In this document: positions 1 to 26,200 of the stretch, piece by piece
Position numbering within the stretch: the stretch's first letter is position 1
Layout: the number at the start of each line of letters is the position of its first letter
Assembly (NCBI GenBank): GCA_963514005.1
Contig: OY740814.1
Coordinates: forward strand, 14,198,001-14,262,000
From: Raja brachyura
Lineage: Eukaryota
Direction of reading: 5' to 3'
Length of the DNA stretch: 64,000 bases
Made by a program: the position numbers and the translations under genes
The notes under the pieces: model-generated
Database searches by the model: none
Told to the model about the DNA's origin: nothing
The model's input: the letters and a program-made list of their open reading frames with translations, nothing else

Positions 1-770
1 AGTAACGCGGTCCTGGATGTAACGGGGGGGGGAATGGCGGGGACAGCGCTGAAACCGTCTCTCACAGCAACAACGCAAGCGCTGGAGGAACTCATGGGTC
101 GGGCAGCATCTGCAGAAGCAACGGTGCCTGACCTGCTGAATTACTCCAACACTTTGTGTGTTTTTTTTAAAACCAGCATCTGCTGTTTCTTGCCACAACA
201 AGGCGGTGGGGGGGCTGCCAGATGTTTCCGTCTTTTAACTGTAAATTACCCGAGGAGGGCTCGGACAGGAGTGGCTGGGACCGAGGAGAAGGTCCATGGG
301 ACCGAGTGCACTCGCTCCACTGTGCCGGGGTGAAGCCGCAATCCTGGCACAGAGATCAGGCAATAGCGGGGGAGATGCCGGGACTTCCTGGAGTGTCGGT
401 GCGGTGGTGTGCGGGGAATTGCTGCCTCGCCCAGTGGACAGGAATGAAGTCGGCGGATGGAGCCGCTCGGAGCCTGGGGGACGCTTCCTCAGCACCGCCC
501 CTCCCTGGCATTTCACTGCTTGCAGGCCTTCTATTCGCCGTGAAAATGTGGGATTCGTGCAAACTTGAGAAAATAAGACAAACACGACAAAAACATCGAG
601 CCTTGTACGTACACAGGCAGGAACGGTTGCACATGGGGTATAATATAGGGGGAGAATACGCGGTAGATGTTGAGATCTCCTGAAGTTGGACCTACTATAG
701 AAATCTAGATGGATGATTGATCTGTGCATCTGTTAGGGGACTGCAACGTCCCCATAGTGCACCATCACCC

Positions 771-801
<31 letters not shown>

Positions 802-1192
802 ACACAATGTGTGGCTCCTAAAACTCTTTAGCAATAACAAAAGTGCCGGAGAAACTCTGAAGAACGTCGCCTGTCCATTCCCTCCACAGATGCTGTCTGG
901 CCCGCTGTGTTCTGCACAGGATTCCAGCATCTGCAGTTCCTTGTGTCTCCCTCAGATCTTAGTCTGAAACGCATGTCGCCCACGAGGTTCCCTCCAAGCC
1001 TCGGGGAGTATGTGTCGGTAACATTGAGCACCCCCGCCCTGACAGTATACAAGGAGACCAATCGGCCAATTGAGCTCGGGCCAACTCTCCCATCAATCCC
1101 ACCCAACTCCCCAGGACCGGTCTCTCTCACGTCCACAGTGCTGGGGTCAAGACAAGGGAGACGGATAATTCAATAGAATAACAATCTTAACG

Positions 1193-1198
1193 TTTATT
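1193..1198 (-). terminator. Polyadenylation signal AATAAA of C15orf48
   Basis: AATAAA on the minus strand ~240 nt after the stop codon, in AT-rich context. Confidence 0.65.
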
Positions 1199-1437
1199 TT
1201 TTCATTTAATTACACAATATATTAAACTGAATGTAATGAGTTAGATATTTTAAGCACAGAGTTGATGCAGTCCAGTATATTTGATGCTTCCACAAGATGG
1301 CATGAGGGTTGCTATGAGAGAGAGAAAGTTGTCACTTCCTGATGTTTGACATCTGTAGCGAGAGCAGTTGCAGAGTTCAGGGATGATTAGACAGAATGAC
1401 TCAGCATTTGCCGGCGCGCTCAGGATTCGCACACCCC

Positions 1438-1506
1438 TCACTTGGAATAACCTTTCACCATCTGCAGTTCATCCACGGGTTGCCACTTCTGACTGACGGT
1501 CATGAA
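1438..1506 (-). CDS. C15orf48: C15orf48 last coding exon (FMTVSQKWQPVDELQMVKGYSK*)
   Basis: Polypyrimidine tract and cag|TTC acceptor; TGA at 1440-1438. Confidence 0.92.
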   Translation of the reverse strand, partial: FMTVSQKWQPVDELQMVKGYSK

Positions 1507-4500
1507 CTGCCAGAGGAGAGAAAAACGGCACGGCTTTAATCGTTCCGCGAAACATGCGTCGTGGCAGAGATGTACATAAACAATTGTACTGTCATCGGCA
1601 GCGAAACTGCGCTGATCCAGAGTGAGAGCCAGTGGCCATTGGACCGGTCTCTGGACAGAGGTGGAAGTCGGATGTTTGAAGGAGCGGGTGGGGATTGAGG
1701 TCCCGCCTGTGTGATTCAAGTCTGCTATCACAGGCTCAGTTCGTTCTCTGAACGCTAGTGGTGGGTATATGGAACAAACTGCCAATGGAGGTAGTTGAAG
1801 CAGGAACTAGCATAGCATTTAAAAGACATCTGGACAGGGACATAACAGGAAAGGTTTAGAGGGATACGTGGGGCAAGTTTAAATGAGCATCTTGGTCGGC
1901 TAGGACGTTATTCCTTGGCCTGCAGGAGGCTAAGGGTTGATCTTATGGAGGCGTATAAAATTATGAGGGGAATTGATACGGCGAATGCACAGAGTAGGGG
2001 AATCAAGAACAATAGGATGTTGGATTAAGGTGAGAGGGAAACTTGACGGGCAACTTTTTCACAGTGGGTGGTGGGTATGTGGAATAAGCTGTCTGTGTAT
2101 TTTATATACTGTTATAATACCAGGTGAGGCAGGTATTATAACAGTATATAAAAAACTCTTGGACTATTAACCCCCCACTCGCCCCCCACCCCCACACACA
2201 CACAAACAAAACGCTCCCATTGTGCATGTGGCCTTTTCCCTAACTTCACCGCCGCCACGTTCCCGGTCATTCTGGTTAACCAACCGTTACACTGGCATCA
2301 GGCCGGGGGCCGGAGATAACATTTCCGACCAGTTGACTTTATTTCCTGAGACAGTCAGCGGCCACAATGGAATGAAACAGGCTGGGCCGCCACTGACATT
2401 TGGATCCCTGACCCACATTTGGAGCATTGCCCTATCCTCCTCTGGAACCCTGTGGGCACAGTTCTGATGCAGGATCCCAACCCGGAACGCCGACCATTTA
2501 TCTCTCTCCACAGATGCTGCCCGACCGGCTGAGTATTTCCAGCAGTTTTACTCTGCTCCAGTTTCCAGCATATGTATCTCGAGGAATCCCCCACATAGCT
2601 ACCGTGTCCACAGGAGCAACCCAAACCCAACAGTAAATGCTGTCCGTGCGGCACTTCCTCGACGCCTCCCCTCCCACAGTGCGCGGCTCCCCCAGTCTGA
2701 AGCTCTCCTCTCCCGCGAGGTTCCCCCCAAACCCCACCAGACCTTCCTCCGAGAGCATTTGTTTCCCACCCTCCCGTTCCTCGCAATACACAAGGAGGCC
2801 GTTCGGCCAATAGTGCTCATTCCACCCCTCCCATCAATCCCACCCCACCCCCAAGGGCTGGCCTCTTGCACACAACCATCAGCGCCACCAGCTTCTCCCC
2901 CTCGCCCACATGTGGGGAATTCACAGCGACCGATTAAGCCACCGACCCACACCGTCGTCGAGCTACTGGAGGGGGGGGGGGGGGGGGGGGGAGTAACGCG
3001 GTGACACGGGAACATGCGAACTCCACGCAGACAGCATCGGAGGGCGGGATTGAACCCGCGCCACCAGCGCTGGGAAACAGCGGCCTTCCCGCTGCGCCAT
3101 CATTGACGCAGAGCACCGCACAGCCCCGGCTTGTCCCGCCCCCGTTATTAATGTTGTCTAGTGAACTTCCTTGTCTCTCGCCAACGTCCCTTTCCATCGG
3201 CCATCGCCTCTCTTGCCAGTAACAGCAAACTTCATCACCTCCTCGAGTCTCCCTCCACCCCCCTCCGCCCGTCCTCGCCACCCCTTCCAGTTCCTCCCTC
3301 TAATCTCCCTCCTCCCATCCCCGCTCCCCCTTCGAATCATCGCTCCTCCTCCCATCCCCGTCCCTCCCTCTAATACTCGCTCCCCCTCCTCATCCCCATG
3401 CCCGTTCCACTCATCCTCCAACCCCGCTCCTCCCTCCTCCATCCCCTTAATCTGCCATATCCCTCCTTTGCCCCACCACCCATACTCCTCCCCCCCTCCG
3501 CTCTCCAGCCGCGGCCCGGTCACCAGGTTGCTCCCACACCCAGATGTTGCCCAACACCGCGACCAGCCCGCTCCGGGAATCAGTGACTCAGCCGCTTTCC
3601 CGGCAATGGTTATAAAGTCAGTGCTATGAGGTTACCTTCTGGGGTTTGGTCGGGTCTATGTTCTCCCATGGGGTAGGATTGTGCTTCTTATCGATTCTGA
3701 ATAGAAAGAAATTAACTTCAGAAATGTTTTATCATCCAAAAAGTATCCGATCGCAAGGCTGGTGTAAAGTGCACACAAACACACCCACTTGTATACACAC
3801 ACCCGCTCACCCATAAACACGCAGTCTACAGACAGACACACCCAGACACGCACTGGCCCTACACCCCCCCCCCCACCACCACATACACACCCATACCTAC
3901 ACTGTTTTAATGCTGAGTGATGCTCTATCCTGATCATAATCGTCCCGCCCCCAACACACACCCGCCCAGACAAACACACACAGTCCGGAAACCCCCAACG
4001 CGCACCCTACACAGACACACCCTTGAACACATACACAGTGATGCTTGTTGCACTTCAACATCTGCAACAGGTCCCCGGCCGCTGTCCCCTGTCCCCTGTC
4101 CCCTCTCTCCCGGCCGGGGCCGGACACTTACATGACATCGCTCTTGGTGGCGAGGAAGTAAAGGCCGGCGCTGGTACAGAACGTGGCGGCGGTGGTCATC
4201 AGGGCGATCAGGGGGATGAGCTGCGGGACAGACGGCATCGGTCACCATGGGCTCCGAACGCGGCAACGGAGTTCGATTCAAAAGCAACGGTTCCATTAGA
4301 AGCGGTTGCTCGGCCGCTGCAAAGACCCAACACCCGGGGAAAGTCAACAACGGCGCGCAGGGCAGCGGGTGTGGAGGGAGGACGGCGGCCAAGTAACGGA
4401 CTGAGCAGTCGGGGAGAAGATGGGGGAGGCAGGCCGAGTGGCCACAGGGTGGTTCAGTAACAGGCCGGGGGGTGCTAGAGATGGAGCGGTCGGTGGCATA

Positions 4501-4882
4501 AGGGAGACGGGCCGAGCGGCCATAATGGGGGAGGGATGCTGTCGATGGGCCGATCGGTCATGTGGAGGAAAAGGAAGACGTGCCGATCGGTCGGGTGGGT
4601 CACGGAGACGGGCTGGGCGTGATAGAAACATAGAAAATAGGTGCAGGAGTAGGCCATTCGGCCCTCCAACCATCACCGCCATTCAACATGATCCTGGCTG
4701 AGCATCCAAAACCAGTACCCGTTCCTGCTTTCTCCCCGCAGCCCTTGATTGTGTTAGTCCCAAGAGCGAAATCTGATGGAGGGGACGGGCCGAGCGGTCA
4801 GGGGGGATAGGGCAATCGGAGGGGGTGGGTGGGGTTGGTTCACCTCCTTCCTCTTGCGGAGCATCGTGAAAAACGTCGACAT
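1438..4882 (-). CDS. C15orf48: C15orf48/NMES1 (COXFA4L3/MOCCI), NDUFA4-family cytochrome c oxidase-associated peptide; spliced CDS, 85 aa
   Basis: join(complement 4844..4882, 4132..4220, 3636..3696, 1438..1506) gives MSTFFTMLRKRKE-LIPLIALMTTAATFCTSAGLYFLATKSDVI-IDKKHNPTPWENIDPTKPQK-FMTVSQKWQPVDELQMVKGYSK*. This is colinear with human MSFFQLLMKRKELIPL...NPEPWE..DPT.PQK...WKPIEELQ. All introns are GT-AG with consistent phases, and the gene lies downstream of SPATA5L1 as in human. Confidence 0.93.
3636..3696 (-). CDS. C15orf48: C15orf48 coding exon 3 (IDKKHNPTPWENIDPTKPQK)
   Basis: Acceptor ttcag|A; donor AAG|GTAACC; NPxPWE motif of the NDUFA4 family. Confidence 0.93.
4132..4220 (-). CDS. C15orf48: C15orf48 coding exon 2 (transmembrane helix, LIPLIALMTTAA...SDV)
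   Basis: Acceptor ccgcag|CTC; donor AT|GTAAGT; 89 nt. Confidence 0.92.
4844..4882 (-). CDS. C15orf48: C15orf48 coding exon 1 (MSTFFTMLRKRKE)
   Basis: ATG at 4882; donor GAG|GTGAAC, phase 0. Confidence 0.88.
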
Positions 4883-4950
4883 CTTCGCAGCGCTTGTCCC
4901 GATGTTACCGGGAAATGAGAAACTAGCGTCGTATCTGGCCCCTCAACCGA

Positions 4951-5232
4951 CCCCGCCCACTCATCTGACAACCACGCCCACTACCGTAATATACCCGCCC
5001 ACCACACTGGTAGCCCCGCCCACCTACCAGTCTTCCCCCGCCCACTCTCATCATGCCCCGCCCACTCATCTACTCTCCCCGCCCACTCCTCTGTTCGCCC
5101 CGCCCACTCCCATGATAGCCCCGCCCACCTACCATTCTTTCCCCCACTCTCCACATGCCCCGCCCACTCCTCTGCTCGCCCCGCCCACTCCCATGTTAGC
5201 CCCGCCCACCTGTCATTCTTTTCCCGCCCACT
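4951..5232. repeat. Tandem GC-box array (~21-bp unit, CCCCGCCCAC core) upstream of C15orf48
   Basis: 13 CGCCCAC cores starting at ~4954, 4975, 4996, 5017, 5039, 5059, 5080, 5101, 5122, 5161, 5182, 5203 and 5225. Confidence 0.85.
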
Positions 5233-5724
5233 CCACCTGAGTTCAGCAGCGACGAGACTCCAGTCACGTCCACAGCAGGGACGGAGGGCGGAACTACTGG
5301 GGCGGGGCAAGGCCGCGAGCGTTAAAGTGCAGGTTGAGGAAGTCATAGTCATCAGCCCATCATTTCCACATCTGTGTTAGTTTTCAAGCATTTGGCCCCA
5401 GGCCCAGGAACGTATCACTCAGATTCCCCTCTACATCACTACTTTATTTTAAACAAATATTATCTATATCTACTACGGGAAATATAGGTTCTTGCGGAAT
5501 ACCATATCTATATTCCTCATAATTTCATACACTTTTAATATGTCCCCTCTTAAGCCACTCCACTTTAGGAAAAACAGACCCAGCTTCAAAATAAGGGAAG
5601 TGGTGATGGAAAAGGTGTATGGGAGAGGAGGGATGAAGGAAAGGTTATGAGGTACGAGAAGCTGGGGAGTACAGGAATGAGATGCTAAGAGGGAGGGATA
5701 TGCAGGGAGGAGTATGTGAACATT

Positions 5725-5860
5725 CTTCTTCTTTCGTGTGGCGTGCACAGCCTAAAGTTGTAGGACAACTTGTTCTATTTGATCTTCTGTTTGTGCACGT
5801 TGAATTGATTGCATTAGTTGAATCAGGGCAGAGCACGTGAAGGTTGCAATCTTCCGCCCC
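5725..5860 (-). mobile_element. ~140-bp SINE-like retroposon with 5' HDV-like ribozyme and (GAA)n tail, copy 1
   Basis: Closely similar to 12866..13006 with the same 5' start (GGGG(C/T)GGAAGATTGCA). TSD atgtgaacatt (5714-5724) / atgtgaagatt (5861-5871). Confidence 0.85.
5808..5860 (-). ncRNA. HDV-like ribozyme fold (P3 mismatch, possibly impaired)
   Basis: GGGGCGG-AAG-ATTGCA-ACC-TTCACGT-GCT-CTGCCCT-GATTCAA-CTAA-TGCAAT. Confidence 0.65.
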
Positions 5861-7923
5861 ATGTGAAGATTGTGGGATGTAGAGAAGGGGTGTACATAAT
5901 GGTGGGGGACAAAGTTGCAGGAAGGGATTGTGAAGGGGACATGGAATGGATATGGAAAGAGGGGAAGTGATGTGGTGGAAAAGAGGTTGGAAGGAGTGAG
6001 TTGTGGGGAGAGGAAGGGGGTGGGCCTGGAAAGGGGAGGGTGCTTTGGAGAACTGAAACGCAAGCCATGATTGTGAGGATCCCAGTAATGGGATTTGGTT
6101 GTCCAACATGGTAAGGTCAATCCTATCCCTTCTGGGACTGGGTTCATGTTAAATTCTATCGTGTATTGTGTTCCTTTTAGCCGTATGGCAACTCAAATCT
6201 CACCGTACCAATTAGTGCATGTGGCAATAAATGTAACCTGAACTAGATTGCAGTTATTACTCAGATATAGATGCACCATTGGAATCATTCTTGTAATTTG
6301 CCCGAGCCGTCCATCATCATCCTTGGGGACCTCATGTCCTATGGCATCTCCCACCCACCAGGAACGGCAGATCAGTGGGATACAGGTGCAAGGGCCTCAA
6401 CATTGCCTCCGGGTCCCCGGTCTCATGACATCATGAGAAACATAACAAAGGAAACCACCTTCTAGTTACCACCCACCATTCACTCTCAATTGCTTAATGA
6501 GGGCTCCTCCATGTTGAACAACAAGGTGTAGATTTAGCTCTTAGGGCAAAGGGAATCAAGAAATATGGGGGAAACAGGATACTGATTTTGGATGATCAGC
6601 CATGATCATATTGAATGGTGGTGCTGGCTCAAAGGACTGAATGGCCTACTCCTGCATCTACTTCCTATGTTTCTAAAGCAGCACTGAAACTTGCAAAAGT
6701 ACAGAATGTTGTATCTCTAGGGACTGTCCATCCCCAGCAGGAGTTTGCAGCACCATCCCAGACTAAACTGGCAGAGGCATGAAGGACAGAGTAGTCAGAA
6801 AGAGTCTATAGCAGATGGTGATGATCCAACCTGGCTTGGTCCAATCCTGTCTACCTGTAGTAAATACATATATCCATGCCCACACTGACGGGTTCAATTG
6901 ACAGACAGGGAGATTTCACAAATTTTACAATATTTTAATTTTACTAACTCCAGAAGGGCAATGGAAGTGGTTGGAGTGTTGGATTCAGGTTGAGTGTCCT
7001 GCAAGGATTCTGGTGCCAGTTTGAACCATTGCTAACATGATGTACAAGGCCAATGTCCTGGACGTTTAAGGAACAGCAATGGAGACATCTCAGGATTTGT
7101 ATTTTGGAAGATTTGCAGAGCAATGCAAGTGGGTCCTACCGGAGCTCTCTACATTTAGATATCAGAATATTTTTGTGTTACCTTCCACCTCCACCCTCAA
7201 TGACCTTCCCTCAGTACATCAACTGAATTTACTAAACTTCACCTCTTCTTCTGCTTCTTTGTCCAATTTGGGTTGAATTTGTTCCGTTAAACGTTCCTGA
7301 CCTTCCTCTTTCTAGTAGCCGATGGTACAGTCCAGCTGGTCTTTCCCTCATTCTTCTCAGAGACTCCATCTCTCTCTACACCTTCCTCAAAGTCCCAAGC
7401 AACTTGCATTTATCATCCATCCTAAACCTTTTTCAAGCTCACTTTCCCAGCACATTGCTCTGCAGATTACATCTCATGAACCATTGTGGCATCCACACTA
7501 AGGTAAACACTTTTTTGCAGAGCACGCTAATGCAATGCCCCAAGGTCTTCTTTTGTAGACTTCACCCTCTATCCATTGTGCCTCACACGTGCCCAGTAGA
7601 ACAGGTTAACCAGCCGTGGAAAAGGCCAAGATTCTGAGACTCTCAATGTAGACTGCTGCGTTCGAAACTCACCATTCTTTCTCACTTAAATTGTCGCAAC
7701 AAATTCCATCACAATTACAACTACATTCTTTAAATATTTAATATTTTTTTACAATTCTAGTTTCTACTTTATAAAGTCACACTTTCAGATTGAAGTATAA
7801 AACGACTTCTACATTTATACAAAATAAAACATAATAAATCTTGAAGCAGTTTTGATTCTTTTGTCCATGGCTGAACCAGTGATTTGGCAAAAGGTCAAAG
7901 GTTACATACTCTGGAATCAATGG

Positions 7924-23079
<15,156 letters not shown>

Positions 23080-23145
23080 GGCGCCGTTGCCTGGGCGATG
23101 GACGAGCTTCCGCCGGATGCCTTCCCAGCAGCTTCCGATCGGACG

Positions 23146-23246
23146 ATGAGCCGCATCTACAGCGACGAGCGGCTGCGGGTCGGCCCGGTGCAGCGACACC
23201 GGCTCCCCGGCTGCTGGACTCCGGCCACCGCCACACCGACACCATG
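23146..23246 (+). CDS. ARPIN: ARPIN exon 1
   Basis: MSRIYSDERLRVGPVQRHRLPGCWTP...; donor TG|GTGAGG, phase 2. Confidence 0.88.
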
Positions 23247-26200
23247 GTGAGGCACCGAGGGGGGTGGGGGCGGCGGCGGCGGCTGAGCGCTGCCCGCCAC
23301 ATACGGCCACAGGCAGAAGATAGGTTTCCTAATTTGAGGAAGGACATCCTTGTGATTGAGGCAGTGCAGCCTTGCTTCACGAGACTGATCCCTGGGATGG
23401 CGGGACTGTCATATGAGGAAAGATTGAAAATACCAGGCTTGTATTCACTGGAGTTTAGAAGGATGAGGGGGGGGGGGAAATCTTATAGAAACATATAAAA
23501 TTACAAAAGGACTGGACAAGCTAGACGCAGGAAAAATGTTCCCAATGTTGGGCGAGTCCAGAACCAGGGCCCACACAGTCTTAGAATAAAGGGGAGGTCA
23601 TTTAAGACTGAGGTGAGAAAAAAACTTTTTCACCCAGAGAGTTGTGAATTTATGGAATTCCCTGCCACAGAGGCCAGTGGAGGCCAAATCACTGGATGGA
23701 TTTAAGAGAGAGTTAGATAGAGATCTAGGGGCTAGTGGAGTCAAAGGATATGGGGAGAAGGCAGGCACGGGTTATTGATGGGACGATCAGCCATGATCAC
23801 AATGATTGGTGGTGCTGGCTCGAAGGGCTGAATGGCCTCCTCCTGCACATATTTTCTATGTAAAGATGAACACAAAATGTTGGAGTAACTCAGGGGGACA
23901 GGCAGCACCTCTGAAGATTCAAGAGAGTTTATTGTCATGTGTCCCAGATAGGACAATGAAATTCTTACTTTGCTACAGCACAACAGAATATAGTAGGCAT
24001 GAATGCTGAACAGATCAGTGTGTCCATATACCATTATATAAATATATACACACATGAATTAATAAACAGATGAAGTGCAAATAAACAGATAATGGTCTAT
24101 TAATGTTCAGAGTTTTGTTTCATTTGAGTTTAATAAACTGATGGCTGTGGGGAAGCAGTTATTCCTGAACTTGGACGTTCAGAGAAGGAATAGTTTGTGT
24201 TTCGGGTCGAGAAAATTCTTCAGAAATGCCACCTATTCCTTTTCTCCCGAGATGCTGCCTGTCCCGCTGAGTTACTCCAACATTTTGTGTCTAAGGTATA
24301 AACGGGCATCTTCAGTTCCTTGTTATACAGAAGATAGGAATGCCCAATGAACTTTTTGTAACTTTGTCAGTGCCAGAAACGTGGCGACTCTTGTGATTTT
24401 ACCGGATTCTATGCAAAACAAAGCATTTAATTGTACCTAGATACATGTGACAATGAAGTATCATTGAGCCACACTGACTCGGTGTTTGTTTGCAGTGGTC
24501 CCGGTGCGGTGCTGGAAGGGGAACTACGGCTGGTGACCCGGCATCAGATCGAGGACGAGACCGACAGCAAGGTGAGCGGGTCCGTCGGTGTCGGTACTTG
24601 GGTGGGGACGGTTCTGGGGTAGTAGAGTGACAGTGCTGGGGAGGGGAGGGTCTGATAATGTTGGGGGATTATACGGTAATTTTGGGCCAAGTGGTGTAGG
24701 GTCAGGCCCCCCCTGGATTGTGGGGGAGTTGGCTATGTTAGGGAGGGCATTCCGGAGGAAAAGTGCAGCGAGGACTGGTTAAGATCAAAGAATGAAGCTG
24801 CGAACGAACGGCAATAATCGGAGGCTGGTCCGAGCAGAAGCATGAGTGCTGAGCAGGTGTGGCCATTAAGCCCCTCACTGCAGTCACCAGGCTATCTTCC
24901 ATTTCATCTGGAGATCCAAGGTGGATCCATCGGTTGGGGTGTGAAATGTAGATGTTCAGAGAAAGCTTGCAGAAAGGTACCCGTTGGGGATTTCATTCTG
25001 AGGGCCACCTTTTCAGAGTTCATCAAGTGTCTCAACCTGCGGAATCTTTACCTGTCCCTGGTGATTTGGAGGATGGGCCTGGCCTCTGTTACAGCATCTC
25101 GGAATGGGAGTCGTGGGGTCACGGGGCCTGGCCCTGGGTCTTTGAGGTCGGGTAACGCCCGTGCACGAGTAGGGTGCAGCACTGAAGTAGTAATAAATAC
25201 GTTCGATCACACAATTCTGTGTTTCTGACTAATTCTTGGCTGGTCTCCCGTGAGTCCCCGCTACAATGTGAAGGTTTGGTGGCCTCTTATGGAGAGCTGA
25301 ATCCAGCTAGTTTAAAACCACATTTTTAGCTGGCTGCTGGCTTGCAAGTTCCCTTTAATTCGACCGTGCTGAAGCACCTGCCACGTTTCTGGCCAATTTT
25401 GTGCATTCTCCTGGCAGCTAGTGATGTCATTGTGAAGTTCAAGATGTCCATGTTAAAGCCATGAATAGCAGCCCGAAAAATGCAAATGTAACATAATTCA
25501 AAATTGTTTAAGTGTTTCTATTAATACGTAAGTAATCAAATATGTATTACATTACCATGTTGATTTTTTTGCATCTTTTTCAGTACCGTTACTTCATTCT
25601 GTATATTAAGCCAACGAAAATCCATAAGAGAAAGTTTGATTCTGATGGAGTGGAGATTGAACCGAACTTCAGTGAAACCAAGAAAGTCAACACTGGATAC
25701 TTAATGTCATCCTTCAGTGAGTACAGAGAGTTAGGTTGCAATTGAGCCACTATCTCATCAAATGGGGTCCACCTCGGGGTGTGGGGGGGGGGGGGGGGGG
25801 GGGCAAATACTCGAAGTATAAGAGTACTCAAAGTATAATCCAGTTAAAGGATTATTTAACCTGTGTGTTTTTGGGACTTGAGAGCACAGGAGGAAATCCA
25901 CATGAGGAAATCCACAGGCAGATTATGCAAACTAGCACTGAAAGCACCAGAGATGCAGATTGAACTTGGGTTGCTGCAGCTTTGAGGCAGCAGCTCTGCC
26001 AGATGCACCAAGAAGAACTGCATTGCATTTTCCCACTGTTTCCATCTCTAATTCTAAATTCCTCGCCACTTCTCCAAAAGTGAGATGGGCTTCCCTGAAT
26101 CCTAGATGTCCAGTGCAACAGCTTTTATATTGTGCTGCACAGTTCTGACACCTTTAAACCTGATTTCACCATCAGTTAATGAAAATGGGAAATATTGGAA

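Noticed and set aside
1426-1436. GTGTGCGAA right after the C15orf48 stop, resembling the start of miR-147
   Set aside because: Only 7 nt match and there is no complementary arm.
3158-3629. Proline- or glycine-rich ORFs
   Set aside because: Translation of a C/T-rich low-complexity tract in a C15orf48 intron.
4951-5232. CRISPR-like repeat-spacer appearance
   Set aside because: The core is only ~10 bp, the spacers are related to each other, the context is eukaryotic and there are no cas genes.
4776-5352. Repetitive APPT / WAG ORFs
   Set aside because: By-product of the 21-bp GC-box tandem array; no splice or homology support.
23080-23310. N-terminal extension of the 533-aa ORF (21709..23310)
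   Set aside because: It is antisense to ARPIN exon 1 in GC-rich, stop-poor DNA. Homology and Kozak context start at ATG 23079, and the ORF tail past 22006 is intronic.
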